A DNA stretch of 51,682 nt from IMG/VR virus record IMGVR_UViG_3300020044_007591, positions 1-51,682 of that record; one strand, given 5' to 3'. Below, one piece after another: positions 17,396 to 26,268 of this stretch. The first letter of the stretch is position 1. Each line of letters begins with the position of its first letter. The stretch comes from a virus (taxonomy: Duplodnaviria; Caudoviricetes). The notes beneath the pieces were generated by a model, which made no database searches, was not told the origin of the DNA, and saw only the letters and a program-made list of their open reading frames with translations. A program made the position numbers and the translations under genes.

Positions 17396-17737
17396 TCAAG
17401 GACGACGAAGTTCTGCCTGCATCTTCTCCATGTTGGCAATTTCTTCTGGTGTCAGGTCACGGACAATCCATGAGAAGACCCACTTACCATCACGAACAAA
17501 CGGCTCAGGCGAACGGGATACCGTTTGCGTCTTACCGTCATAAGTTGGATCGGCATCAATTTCAACATAGCTAATGCGAAATCCATGCAGTTTATATGCG
17601 TCAGTGTTGGGGAATATCTCAACAAAGTCGGAGTATGGCGTGTAGCCGAGGCCGGGGTTGTCCCGCATCAGCTCTTCAGCGCCATAGGGGTATTCGACAA
17701 ACTGATTGGCAGTTGTTGTCTTAACGTATCCAGTCAC
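17396..17737 (-). CDS. Tail-fibre assembly/chaperone-like protein
   Basis: YPY...L..DNP, P.YD..TQ and W...W.V.DLT.EEI motifs typical of phage fibre-associated small proteins. Confidence 0.55.
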   Translation of the reverse strand: MTGYVKTTTANQFVEYPYGAEELMRDNPGLGYTPYSDFVEIFPNTDAYKLHGFRISYVEIDADPTYDGKTQTVSRSPEPFVRDGKWVFSWIVRDLTPEEIANMEKMQAELRRP

Positions 17738-18348
17738 GATTTATCCTCCAAGAATATGGGAGCCTGACGAGTAAGAAGATCCAGACGCTCACTTTTGCCA
17801 GCCAGAGCAGTGAACACCTGCTTGATGTGCGGCACGATCTTTGTCTCAAAGTCTGGGTGGCAGCGCATGGTGTTTAGGTGGTCGTGCGGGATATTGCCCT
17901 GAGACAGAATGAAGTTCTCCACACGGCCCTGCAATTCACCAAGCCACTCGTCGCGCTGGTGGGCCTCATTGGCCTCCAACATGGGAAGGTGGCCGTATTT
18001 GCGCTGTGGCTCAAGTTCAGCCATCAGGTCATTGATGGTCTTCAGTTCCATGATGGCGGCCTCATGGTTATTGCGCCATGTGTCTTCAGCCGACTTGCAC
18101 TCAATGATGGTAGCCTCAGCGACCATCTTTTCCCACGGCTTTTTGTCGGGGTCAGCGATGATTGCCTCATTCTCCATGATCTTGGCTTCGCGCTTCATCT
18201 TCTGCGCTTTGGAGTGTTCGACCTTCACTTCCATGTCTATACGTTGTCCATACAACAACGCCCAAGCGCCGTCAGGCGTGTAGCAAGAGCCAGCCATGAA
18301 GTAGCGAAGCTGAAAGTCTGAATTGTTTCGGTGTGGTTTGCTGTTCAT
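17734..18348 (-). CDS. Coiled-coil protein associated with the propeller genes
   Basis: 204 aa, helical; SDFQLRYF...CYTPD start and MRCHPDF near the end; start abuts the propeller stop. Confidence 0.7.
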   Translation of the reverse strand: MNSKPHRNNSDFQLRYFMAGSCYTPDGAWALLYGQRIDMEVKVEHSKAQKMKREAKIMENEAIIADPDKKPWEKMVAEATIIECKSAEDTWRNNHEAAIMELKTINDLMAELEPQRKYGHLPMLEANEAHQRDEWLGELQGRVENFILSQGNIPHDHLNTMRCHPDFETKIVPHIKQVFTALAGKSERLDLLTRQAPIFLEDKS

Positions 18349-19383
18349 TTAAATGTTGACCCCTGTAGTTCCATTTGATGCGGCTGAACCTCGCGATGAA
18401 ATACTTCCAGCCGCAGTTGCTGATGAACTTACACATCCAGAATATATATATTTATTTCTACAAGCACTGGCTGGTGAAGTACAACCAAGTGCAAATATTC
18501 CAACGGTACTATTTCCAGCAGCAGATAAAAGATAACTAGCTTTAGTGGCAGATGTTGCTGTAGCGTTTACATCACCAGAATAAGTGTATTTATTTCTATA
18601 CACAGATCTTCCAAAACCAGCTGTATATCCAAAAGCAAATATACCAACCGTACTATTACCAGTTGCTGCTCCACAAGTATTGCCGTTTGATGCTGCTGTT
18701 GCAGCTGTGGTTGAACACGAAGCATAAGTATATTTTTTTCGTACTGCACATGGCACAAAACCACAACAAGATTGATAAATACTCCCATAAGCAAATATGC
18801 CAACTGTACTATTTCCAGTCGCTGATAACCCTAAAGTATAATCAGCAGTTGTTGTTAAAGTGGTATTTACATCGCCAGAATATGTATATTTTGACCTATA
18901 TTGCTGACCGTTACCATTATAGAAAATACCCGTTGTGCTGTTCCCAGTTGCCGTGCCATTACCTGAAACATTTGAAGAAGCAGTTGCAGAACCATTTGTT
19001 CCACTAGAATATGTATACTTATTTCTTGTTGTACTTACGCCTACGCAGGAAATAGAACCTAAAGCAAATATACCAACCGTAGAATTTCCCGCAGCTGCGC
19101 CGTAGCTAGATGCAACGCTAGATGATGCCGCAAACGTGACAACGCACCCTGAAAATATATACTTTTCTCTTGTTGTTGATTGTACCCCCCCACTAACTCC
19201 TAAAGCAAAAATGGCAAACGTCCCCGGCGCTAAACCACCAGAAGCCAAAGGCCACACCCCAGCCTTCTGCCAAGCCAGCATCTGGTCGATTGTCCATATT
19301 CCGGGGGCCGTTCCGCATTGGAATGGGCCAGTCGGCGTTGCTGGGCTGTTGGTGATTATGCCACCTTGATATGTGCGGGACAT
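18349..19383 (-). CDS. Six-repeat kelch-like beta-propeller, putative receptor-binding protein 3
   Basis: ATG 19383 (MSRTYQGG) coupled to the upstream stop; six IF(A/Y)xG...R.KY.(Y/F) repeats. Confidence 0.75.
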   Translation of the reverse strand: MSRTYQGGIITNSPATPTGPFQCGTAPGIWTIDQMLAWQKAGVWPLASGGLAPGTFAIFALGVSGGVQSTTREKYIFSGCVVTFAASSSVASSYGAAAGNSTVGIFALGSISCVGVSTTRNKYTYSSGTNGSATASSNVSGNGTATGNSTTGIFYNGNGQQYRSKYTYSGDVNTTLTTTADYTLGLSATGNSTVGIFAYGSIYQSCCGFVPCAVRKKYTYASCSTTAATAASNGNTCGAATGNSTVGIFAFGYTAGFGRSVYRNKYTYSGDVNATATSATKASYLLSAAGNSTVGIFALGCTSPASACRNKYIYSGCVSSSATAAGSISSRGSAASNGTTGVNI

Positions 19384-20342
19384 TAGATGTTGACCCCTGT
19401 TGTACCGTTGGAGGCGGCAGCGCCAGAATAAGAAGCAGAAGTTGCTGCTCCTCCGGTAGTTACTACGCATCCAGAATATACATATTTATTTCGAATTGTA
19501 GAACCGCTAGAACTTACAAAACCCAAAGCAAAAATACCTGTTGTTGAATTTCCTGCCGCAGACCCAGAATAACTTGCGGAAGTTGCCGCAGTTGCAGAGG
19601 CATTTGTATCCCCAGAATATGTATATTTATTGCGTGTTGTTGTACCTACGCAACTAACAAGCCCTAAAGCAAATATACCAACCGTGCTATTTCCTGTTGC
19701 TGATTGGCTGCAAGATGCAACAGAAGCAGACGTTGCAGATGCAACAGCGCAACTTGAATATGTTAATTTGTTGCGGGTTGTGGAACCTCCAGAACCGCAT
19801 ATGTATCCCAATGCAAAAATACCAATTGTACTAGTTCCAGCAGCTGATCCAATAAAAGAATTACATGTAGCAGCACCTCCAGAAGCAACTACGCAACCAG
19901 AATATGTGTATTTATCGCGGGTCGTTACTGGCCCTGACGAAGTAAACCCTAACGCAAATATTCCTCTAGTCGAATTTCCTGTTGCTGAACCCCAAGTAGA
20001 TGCAGATGTTGCCGCAGTTGCAGAGGCATTTGCGCAACTTGCATAAGTATATTTATTTCTGTTAGCTGTCCTGACACCACAAGTACTTGACCCCAAAGCA
20101 AAAATACCAATTGTACAATTTCCAGCAGCCGATCCTCTTTGTGTAACTGCACTGGAAGCCGTTCCGGCAGAAACAGCACAACTTGAAAAAATATATTTAT
20201 CCCTTGTTATTGTACCTGTGCTGCCTGATGCTCCAAGCGCAAATATAGCCAGTGTACCTGAGCCAAGGTATCCCGTCCAATTCCCCGCCGCCACAGCCTG
20301 CATCTGCTGCGCTAGGCTCCAAACTCCAGAGTAATTAGGCAT
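19383..20342 (-). CDS. Six-repeat kelch-like beta-propeller, putative receptor-binding protein 2
   Basis: Six IFALG repeats of about 48 aa; N-terminal SGVWSL...W. Confidence 0.75.
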   Translation of the reverse strand: MPNYSGVWSLAQQMQAVAAGNWTGYLGSGTLAIFALGASGSTGTITRDKYIFSSCAVSAGTASSAVTQRGSAAGNCTIGIFALGSSTCGVRTANRNKYTYASCANASATAATSASTWGSATGNSTRGIFALGFTSSGPVTTRDKYTYSGCVVASGGAATCNSFIGSAAGTSTIGIFALGYICGSGGSTTRNKLTYSSCAVASATSASVASCSQSATGNSTVGIFALGLVSCVGTTTRNKYTYSGDTNASATAATSASYSGSAAGNSTTGIFALGFVSSSGSTIRNKYVYSGCVVTTGGAATSASYSGAAASNGTTGVNI

Positions 20343-21532
20343 CAGACGTTCACTCCCGTTGTGCCGTTGGAGGCGGCGGAGCCGAAATTATTTGTTGCTG
20401 ACGAAGCTGTCGCTGATGCATTTACGCATCCAGAATATGTGTATTTGTTACGGGTGGTTGAAGCACCAGAAGAGCAGCCTAAAGCAAAGATGCCAACGGT
20501 TGAATTACCGGCCGCAGAAGCATTGTTCGATACCGCGCTAGAAGCTGTTGCTACTACATTTGTATCGCCAGAATAAGTGTATTTATTACGAGTTGTCGTT
20601 GCTCCACCTAAAGCAAATATTCCAACCGTACTATTTCCAGTTGCAGCTCCATTAGCCTTACACGTTGATGCGGCTGTTGCAGACCCACTAGTGCAACTAG
20701 AATATGTATATTTATCGCGGGTAGAAATAGGATAGTAACCACCACAACAACAAATAGCACCGAGAGCAAATATTCCAACAGAACAACTACCCACTGCTGA
20801 TCCCATTGCAGTCGACAAACCAGCTGCCGCTGCTGCTCCACTTGTATCTCCAGAATATGTGTATTTATTTCTTGTTGTTGAAGTTTGATTACCGCAGTTA
20901 TATCCTAATGCAAATATTCCACGAGTGCTGTTGCCAGTCGCAGATCCTTTAGCGTTTTGATTACTTGCGTTTGTACCCGCGGATACAGTACACCCCGCAT
21001 AAGTATATTTATTGCGTGTGTATGTTTGAAAACATCCAGAAAAACCTAAAGCAAATATTCCTCTTGTAGAATTACCTGCTGCCGCACCATAATATGATGC
21101 TGCCGTCAATGATGTTGCTACAGCGTTCACATCACCAGAATATGTGTATTTATTTGTAGTAGTTCGTCCAGTCGGGCAAATACCTAATTTAAATATAGCA
21201 AAGCTACCAACTGGGGTCGGCGTCACGCTTGAACTTGCCGCGCTAAAAACAGACGGCCCAAAGACATTGGTGGCATTAACTCTAAACGTATACGCTGTGC
21301 AATTGGTCAAACACGCCACAGTAATGGGCGATGTCGTTCCAGTTCCAGTCTTAAAGCCGGGGCAAGAGACAGCCGTATAGCCAGTGACAGCACCGCCACC
21401 GACACATGATGGGGCCGTAAACGTCACGCAGACTTGCGTGTTCCCAGCCGTAGCCGTCCCGATAGTCGGCGCATTAGCGACCTTCAACGTATTAAAGGCG
21501 TCTATCAAGCTGCCTATGTAGCGCCTGCTCAT
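20342..21532 (-). CDS. FN3 domain plus six-repeat beta-propeller, putative receptor-binding protein 1
   Basis: APTIGTATAG...VTFTAP...Y.FRV.ATN..G.S..S..VTP fibronectin-III pattern, then six repeats. Confidence 0.75.
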   Translation of the reverse strand: MSRRYIGSLIDAFNTLKVANAPTIGTATAGNTQVCVTFTAPSCVGGGAVTGYTAVSCPGFKTGTGTTSPITVACLTNCTAYTFRVNATNVFGPSVFSAASSSVTPTPVGSFAIFKLGICPTGRTTTNKYTYSGDVNAVATSLTAASYYGAAAGNSTRGIFALGFSGCFQTYTRNKYTYAGCTVSAGTNASNQNAKGSATGNSTRGIFALGYNCGNQTSTTRNKYTYSGDTSGAAAAAGLSTAMGSAVGSCSVGIFALGAICCCGGYYPISTRDKYTYSSCTSGSATAASTCKANGAATGNSTVGIFALGGATTTRNKYTYSGDTNVVATASSAVSNNASAAGNSTVGIFALGCSSGASTTRNKYTYSGCVNASATASSATNNFGSAASNGTTGVNV

Positions 21533-21541
21533 GGGTTAATC

Positions 21542-21937
21542 CTAACTTATGACTTCATATGAGATGCTATAAGTAATACCACTGGCCGTGCCGCTCGTCA
21601 CTGTGATCGACGTTCCTTCCATCAGATAGATGGCGGTGGTCTTGTCAGTAACAATCAGCGAAGCATTGGCCGGAACCGATACTGTCGAGACAACCGGATA
21701 GGCCGTGCCGCCAGAGGGAGCCGAACCCTGAGCAACCGCACCATTGCTGTAAATCGACACAGTGGCGTTGACTGCCGCAGATCCGTTCACATTGGCTGCG
21801 ACGATCTGATTGATCTTCATAACCGTTCCGCTGGAGGCTGCGTTAGGCAACAAGACTACAGCAGATGTGCCAGAGGGCGTGTAGTAGGTGGTTGTGCCGA
21901 GGATCGAAGTGACGTTAACAATATTCGGATTGGCCAT
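21542..21937 (-). CDS. Tail-fibre-associated beta-sandwich protein
   Basis: 131 aa, MANPNIVNV...ISYEVIS; beta-rich; inside the fibre block. Confidence 0.65.
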   Translation of the reverse strand: MANPNIVNVTSILGTTTYYTPSGTSAVVLLPNAASSGTVMKINQIVAANVNGSAAVNATVSIYSNGAVAQGSAPSGGTAYPVVSTVSVPANASLIVTDKTTAIYLMEGTSITVTSGTASGITYSISYEVIS

Positions 21938-21946
21938 GATAGCTCC

Positions 21947-22264
21947 TTACAGACCGAAAATGATAGAAAAGGCTATTGCTTGGCCTTTAGTTGCCCCGCT
22001 AGAAGCAGTGACGAAAGATAGAGTCCCAGCGCCGTCTGTTTTGATAATCTGGTTTGCGGTTCCGTCTGCCGTGGGGTATTTCAAACCTGCCGGATTGTTT
22101 ATCAACCGCTTGACGGTTCCTGTATTGTTTTTGGCGTATAACGCCATGTCAGCATCAGCAATGTTGATTGCCAACTCACCAGCGGACAAATTTCCAGACG
22201 AAGGAGCAGCCGCAGCTGTCGTCGTGCGGTAAAGCTGAATTGGGGTATAGCCAGATTGAGCCAT
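21947..22264 (-). CDS. Short tail-fibre adaptor (Mtd-N-like N-terminus)
   Basis: IQLYR...AP....L..GELAIN..D...Y.K start; YPTADGTANQ..KTDG.G.LSF; C-terminal KGQAIAFSIIFGL. Confidence 0.6.
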   Translation of the reverse strand: MAQSGYTPIQLYRTTTAAAAPSSGNLSAGELAINIADADMALYAKNNTGTVKRLINNPAGLKYPTADGTANQIIKTDGAGTLSFVTASSGATKGQAIAFSIIFGL

Positions 22265-22268
22265 GTTC

Positions 22269-22613
22269 TTACCTCAAATTTTCAAGTTTATAGAGAGTTT
22301 TCATATGTAACCCGCTGAGATCATCAATAAGATTTTCAAGCGCTGGGACATTTTTAGCAATTTCCTCGCGGTTTTCAGCCAGCCAAAGCATTTCATCTTT
22401 AACTAATTCTTTAGCGTCTTTTGCCTCATCAGGCAAACCGTCAATTAGCCCAAAACCGCCCTGATAGGCCTCCACAATAGCGTCAAGCTTATCAATGACG
22501 CCGTCATAATAATGGCCCAGAGCTTTATGCTCAGAATAAGAATCTGTTTTCCAGTGCAGCATGTGTGCTTGGTTGCGGGCCTTAAAGATCCGAATGATCA
22601 ACTCCTCAATCAT
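22269..22613 (-). CDS. Ferritin/Dps-like helical protein (DUF5856-like)
   Basis: AH..HW.T.SY.EH.AL..YY......D...E.YQG and TLYKL..L motifs. Confidence 0.7.
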   Translation of the reverse strand: MIEELIIRIFKARNQAHMLHWKTDSYSEHKALGHYYDGVIDKLDAIVEAYQGGFGLIDGLPDEAKDAKELVKDEMLWLAENREEIAKNVPALENLIDDLSGLHMKTLYKLENLR

Positions 22614-22903
22614 CAGAACGTGCCTCCTGATATTCCGCCGGGAACTTGTAACACTGTGCCGTCAAATGTCAGTGCCGCTCCCATGACTAATTGATTAGAC
22701 ACATTTTGATAGGCGACGCCACCTGCTGTCCCGTTGAGGGCATACAGTTCTGTAATGTCGCTATTAGTGCCTGACTTGGCTGCAACTAGGTTTGTCCTAG
22801 CAGTAGCGGCTGTTGTGGCTCCTGTGCCGCCATTGGTCACGGCTAAAATACCGCTTGAACTAGCGCCTTCAGCTAAAATGGATAAATTGCGGGGTATAGA
22901 CAT
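22613..22903 (-). CDS. Short tail-fibre adaptor
   Basis: 96 aa; MSIPRNLS start, GGTGATTA..ARTNL and GTNSDIT.L motifs; ends ISGGTF. Confidence 0.6.
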   Translation of the reverse strand: MSIPRNLSILAEGASSSGILAVTNGGTGATTAATARTNLVAAKSGTNSDITELYALNGTAGGVAYQNVSNQLVMGAALTFDGTVLQVPGGISGGTF

Positions 22904-22908
22904 AATGG

Positions 22909-23103
22909 TTAACCCTTATTCGCAAATTGTTGTATTTGCTCAGTCAAAGAAGCCAACTGTGCTTGGAGTTGCTCAAGCGTAGGACTTTGCTTCTCTTCTG
23001 GTGGCAAAGAGGCTGCGTAAGCCAATGCAGCAGCCTCCTCTTCTGGAGTGTATTGGATGACTTTTACCTCACCAGTTTCAACATTAACCTCGATGCGTTC
23101 CAT
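22909..23103 (-). CDS. Small tail-fibre chaperone-like protein
   Basis: RIEVNV.TGE......TPEE and PTLEQLQAQL; directly after the long fibre. Confidence 0.55.
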   Translation of the reverse strand: MERIEVNVETGEVKVIQYTPEEEAAALAYAASLPPEEKQSPTLEQLQAQLASLTEQIQQFANKG

Positions 23104-23112
23104 ATGAGGCTC

Positions 23113-25959
23113 CTATTCGTACAAAATGTTGATAGAACCAGCATCAAAACTGTCAACTCCAGCATTGACAGTGTTGAGACGAAGTCTGTCAAGAGTGCCA
23201 CTTAAAGTAACATCACCACCCCCCGATGCGGTATATGTAGAAGATAACTTCATAGCATGACTGGAAACCCATATATTACCGCTTATGTTAGTCAAAACCA
23301 TAATCCCAGACATAATTTCTGCCGCAGAGTTCGAAGCCATTACAAAACCTTGTGTGTAACTGGTAGCTCCTGCGGTAGCGCCAGCGAATGACCCAGTGGA
23401 AAGATAGCCGCTAGTTTGAATGCTACCCGAACCTATTTGGATAATTTTATAATTTGTTCCGTTGGTTGACACGCCTTGAAACATAATTGTGATGCGTTTT
23501 ACCCAAGAAGGTATGCTTGTGAAATCAATGCTTGTGCCGCTAGTTGTTGCAACTGCCGTGCCTCTTGCCACCTTTGCAGCAGATGACCAAGTTGTGCCAT
23601 CTGCGGTAAATACTACGTTACCAGCGGTTGTAGGCGAAACACTTGCTGCCAAACCGCCATTTGCAAGTGGCAACAGACCCGTAACGCCTGTTGTTAATGG
23701 CAAACCAGTAGCATTCGTCAACGTACCTGATGAAGGAGTGCCAAGCACACCACCATTGACAACAAATGCCCCAGCAGATCCAACATTAACTGCCAAAGCT
23801 GTTGCAGTATTAGTTCCAAGACCGGAGATGCCGGTACTGACAGGAAGGCCAGTGGCACTAGTAAGTGTACCTGATGATGGCGTACCAAGCGCGCCGCCAT
23901 TAACTACGAACGCTCCGGCGGAGCCTGTATTGACACCCAATGCGGTGACAACGCCAGTGCCAGTTGTTGTGCCCGAAACAGCGGTCCCTGTTGCTGCGTA
24001 ATATGTAAGCTGGCCGGATGTCCCAGAATTAACAGTGCCAGTGCCGCCAGCAAAAGTGACATAAAGCGCAATGACTTCAACGATGTCATTTAATGACGCC
24101 GCTGTTGCTAGAACAATGTCTGTCCCACTGCTGGCCGTATAGTCCGTGCTGTTAAGCAGGACACCATTCAGGAAGACTTGAACATAACCAACTGTGTATG
24201 TGGCTGTAAATGTTGTCTGACCAGCCGTAGCTGTAAAGCTGGTGCGGGTATAATTTCCAGCCGCTGCTGGGGTAGTCGATGCCCAAGTTGTACCATTACT
24301 GGTTAATACATTTCCAGAAGCTCCCGGTGCTACAACTTGCAAGGCAGACGTACCGTTGCCAAGCAAGACATTATTTGCAGTCAGGGTAGTCGAACCAGTG
24401 CCGCCATACCCAACGGCCAACGTACCACCCAACGAGATCGCACCCGTTGTTGCTGTATTGGGCGTCAGACCCGTTGATCCGCCAGAGAATGACGTAACGC
24501 CACCTGTAGACGGGGCCCAAGAGGCTGTCGTTCCGTTGGAAGTTAGCAGATAACCGTTCGTGCCAATAGCGAGGCGCGTGGCGCTGTTAGTCCCATTCCC
24601 AATGATCAAGTCACCAGTTGAGGTGACAGGCGACAGAGCATTAAAAGCGGCTGAAGATGTGGTCTGGCCTGTGCCGCCAGAGGCGACGGCTAGAGTCGCA
24701 GACAACCCAGCGGCTGTGCCGGAGGTGTTTTGATTCCAAGTTGGAATAGCACCCGCCAGATCTGCGTAGGCAATGCTAACAACACCAACCTGACCGTTAA
24801 CCGAGCTGACAAGGTTCGTTTGGTCAATTTTCTGCCAAGTTGAGCCGTTAAAGATAGCCCAGTCGCCAACTTGCCAGTCAGTCACACCATTAAGATTGGT
24901 CGAGCCAGCAACGGAAACAATGTAATAATAACCGTTTGTTCCAACGCTAGAAGTGAGTGTGGGTGTGTTGGTCGATGCGTTCCAAGAACCCTGATACGAC
25001 AATCCGCCCGTAAAGCTTGCCGTTGTAGCGCTTGTGATCACACCCTTGGAGTTCACGGTCACCACAGGGATTGCAGTCGATGATCCATAAGTGTTAGCAG
25101 TCACGCCAGATGCTGGCAGGTCTGCGTTAACCAAGGCGCGGAAAGCTGTAGGTGCGGCGGCTCCAGCGGCAGGGCCAGCATAGACCACATTGGCAGGCTG
25201 ATCCACCACCAACAACGCAGAACCCCATGTCGGGGCTCCAGCGCCGCCTGACACCAGCACCTGACCTGCAAGCCCGACAGGGCCGATGTACAGGCCATCG
25301 GCGCCAGACCATACAATGGCTCCCGCTGCGGCTACCAAACTCTTTGCTGTGCCGCCGCTGTTTAGGCCGAGGATTCCGTCAACCTCGTCATCTAATGCCA
25401 GATTGACTGCGGGATGCTTGTGGTCTGACCGGCTAATTGATGTGGCACTGCCCGCAGAGCCGCTCTGGAACCCAGCTAGAGGCGTAGAGCTAGATAGGTT
25501 GGCATTTAGCGTCACATTGGCGCTAAGTGCCCCGCCACCTGTCAGGCCAGTTCCAGCTATCACTTGTCGCGTTGTCGGGACATAGCCAGAGATTGTCGCG
25601 GGTATTGAGGTCGCGGCCATTACGCGGCCAGTGGAATCAACTGTGAAAACCGGAATGTCTGTTGCCGTTCCGTAAGTTCCGGGTGTCACGCCCGATGCCG
25701 CTAATTGCGATGTACCAATCCCGCCATTAGCAACACTGAGCGTGACGTTCCCCGTAAGCGGACCGCCTCCGGTCATAGATGTTCCAGCAATGACTTGCGT
25801 CGAAGTTGGAACACCGGCGACAGAAAGTAAGTCGCCAACACGAATTTGATAGTTATTGCCCTGATAAACAATCATCATCAGGCTATTTTCATCGGCAACC
25901 GGAGCAAGCGGAAGCTGGGTGACTCGCGTAGGGATCAGATTGCTGGGTACGTCAGTCAT
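23113..25959 (-). CDS. Long tail fibre protein
   Basis: 948 aa, Gly/Thr/Ser-rich; duplicated AGT..TGGG.L..NVTL, SGVT..TYG....IPV.TV...G and NGG.LGTPSSGTLT.ATGLP modules. Confidence 0.85.
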   Translation of the reverse strand: MTDVPSNLIPTRVTQLPLAPVADENSLMMIVYQGNNYQIRVGDLLSVAGVPTSTQVIAGTSMTGGGPLTGNVTLSVANGGIGTSQLAASGVTPGTYGTATDIPVFTVDSTGRVMAATSIPATISGYVPTTRQVIAGTGLTGGGALSANVTLNANLSSSTPLAGFQSGSAGSATSISRSDHKHPAVNLALDDEVDGILGLNSGGTAKSLVAAAGAIVWSGADGLYIGPVGLAGQVLVSGGAGAPTWGSALLVVDQPANVVYAGPAAGAAAPTAFRALVNADLPASGVTANTYGSSTAIPVVTVNSKGVITSATTASFTGGLSYQGSWNASTNTPTLTSSVGTNGYYYIVSVAGSTNLNGVTDWQVGDWAIFNGSTWQKIDQTNLVSSVNGQVGVVSIAYADLAGAIPTWNQNTSGTAAGLSATLAVASGGTGQTTSSAAFNALSPVTSTGDLIIGNGTNSATRLAIGTNGYLLTSNGTTASWAPSTGGVTSFSGGSTGLTPNTATTGAISLGGTLAVGYGGTGSTTLTANNVLLGNGTSALQVVAPGASGNVLTSNGTTWASTTPAAAGNYTRTSFTATAGQTTFTATYTVGYVQVFLNGVLLNSTDYTASSGTDIVLATAASLNDIVEVIALYVTFAGGTGTVNSGTSGQLTYYAATGTAVSGTTTGTGVVTALGVNTGSAGAFVVNGGALGTPSSGTLTSATGLPVSTGISGLGTNTATALAVNVGSAGAFVVNGGVLGTPSSGTLTNATGLPLTTGVTGLLPLANGGLAASVSPTTAGNVVFTADGTTWSSAAKVARGTAVATTSGTSIDFTSIPSWVKRITIMFQGVSTNGTNYKIIQIGSGSIQTSGYLSTGSFAGATAGATSYTQGFVMASNSAAEIMSGIMVLTNISGNIWVSSHAMKLSSTYTASGGGDVTLSGTLDRLRLNTVNAGVDSFDAGSINILYE

Positions 25960-25962
25960 TCA

Positions 25963-26268
25963 TCAGATCTCCAAATACCCTTCACCGTCTTCAGTGATAA
26001 TAAACTCATCACCCGCTTCCTGTATAAGGCCAGCCGGATGCGTGTTTATGGGCGTGTCAGGTCGCGTAAAAGGCAAGACAATCTGGTCTGGGGCTCTGGG
26101 AGCAAGACGATAGGGGTCGTATTGGTCTGTATCGGCATCACAAACCATCAAATTAGGGTAATTTGGGTCTGGGTGAAGGTCGGCAAGCAGCATTTTACGC
26201 GAGCAACGAGCACAAATCCCAATCCCAAAGGTAGATTCTCCGCGAACATCAAGATACGGACCGCTCAT
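25963..26268 (-). CDS. Small Cys-containing neck/fibre-attachment protein
   Basis: ICARC...LMVC...D..DP; C-terminal FIITEDG. Confidence 0.6.
   Translation of the reverse strand: MSGPYLDVRGESTFGIGICARCSRKMLLADLHPDPNYPNLMVCDADTDQYDPYRLAPRAPDQIVLPFTRPDTPINTHPAGLIQEAGDEFIITEDGEGYLEI

Noticed and set aside
18349-21532. Diversity-generating retroelement acting on the propellers
   Set aside because: No reverse transcriptase, and no template/variable repeat pair differing only at adenines.
18349-21532. Genetic-code reassignment explaining the Cys excess
   Set aside because: The Cys residues use ordinary TGT/TGC codons, conserved Cys motifs elsewhere read normally, and genes end at standard stops with normal coupling.
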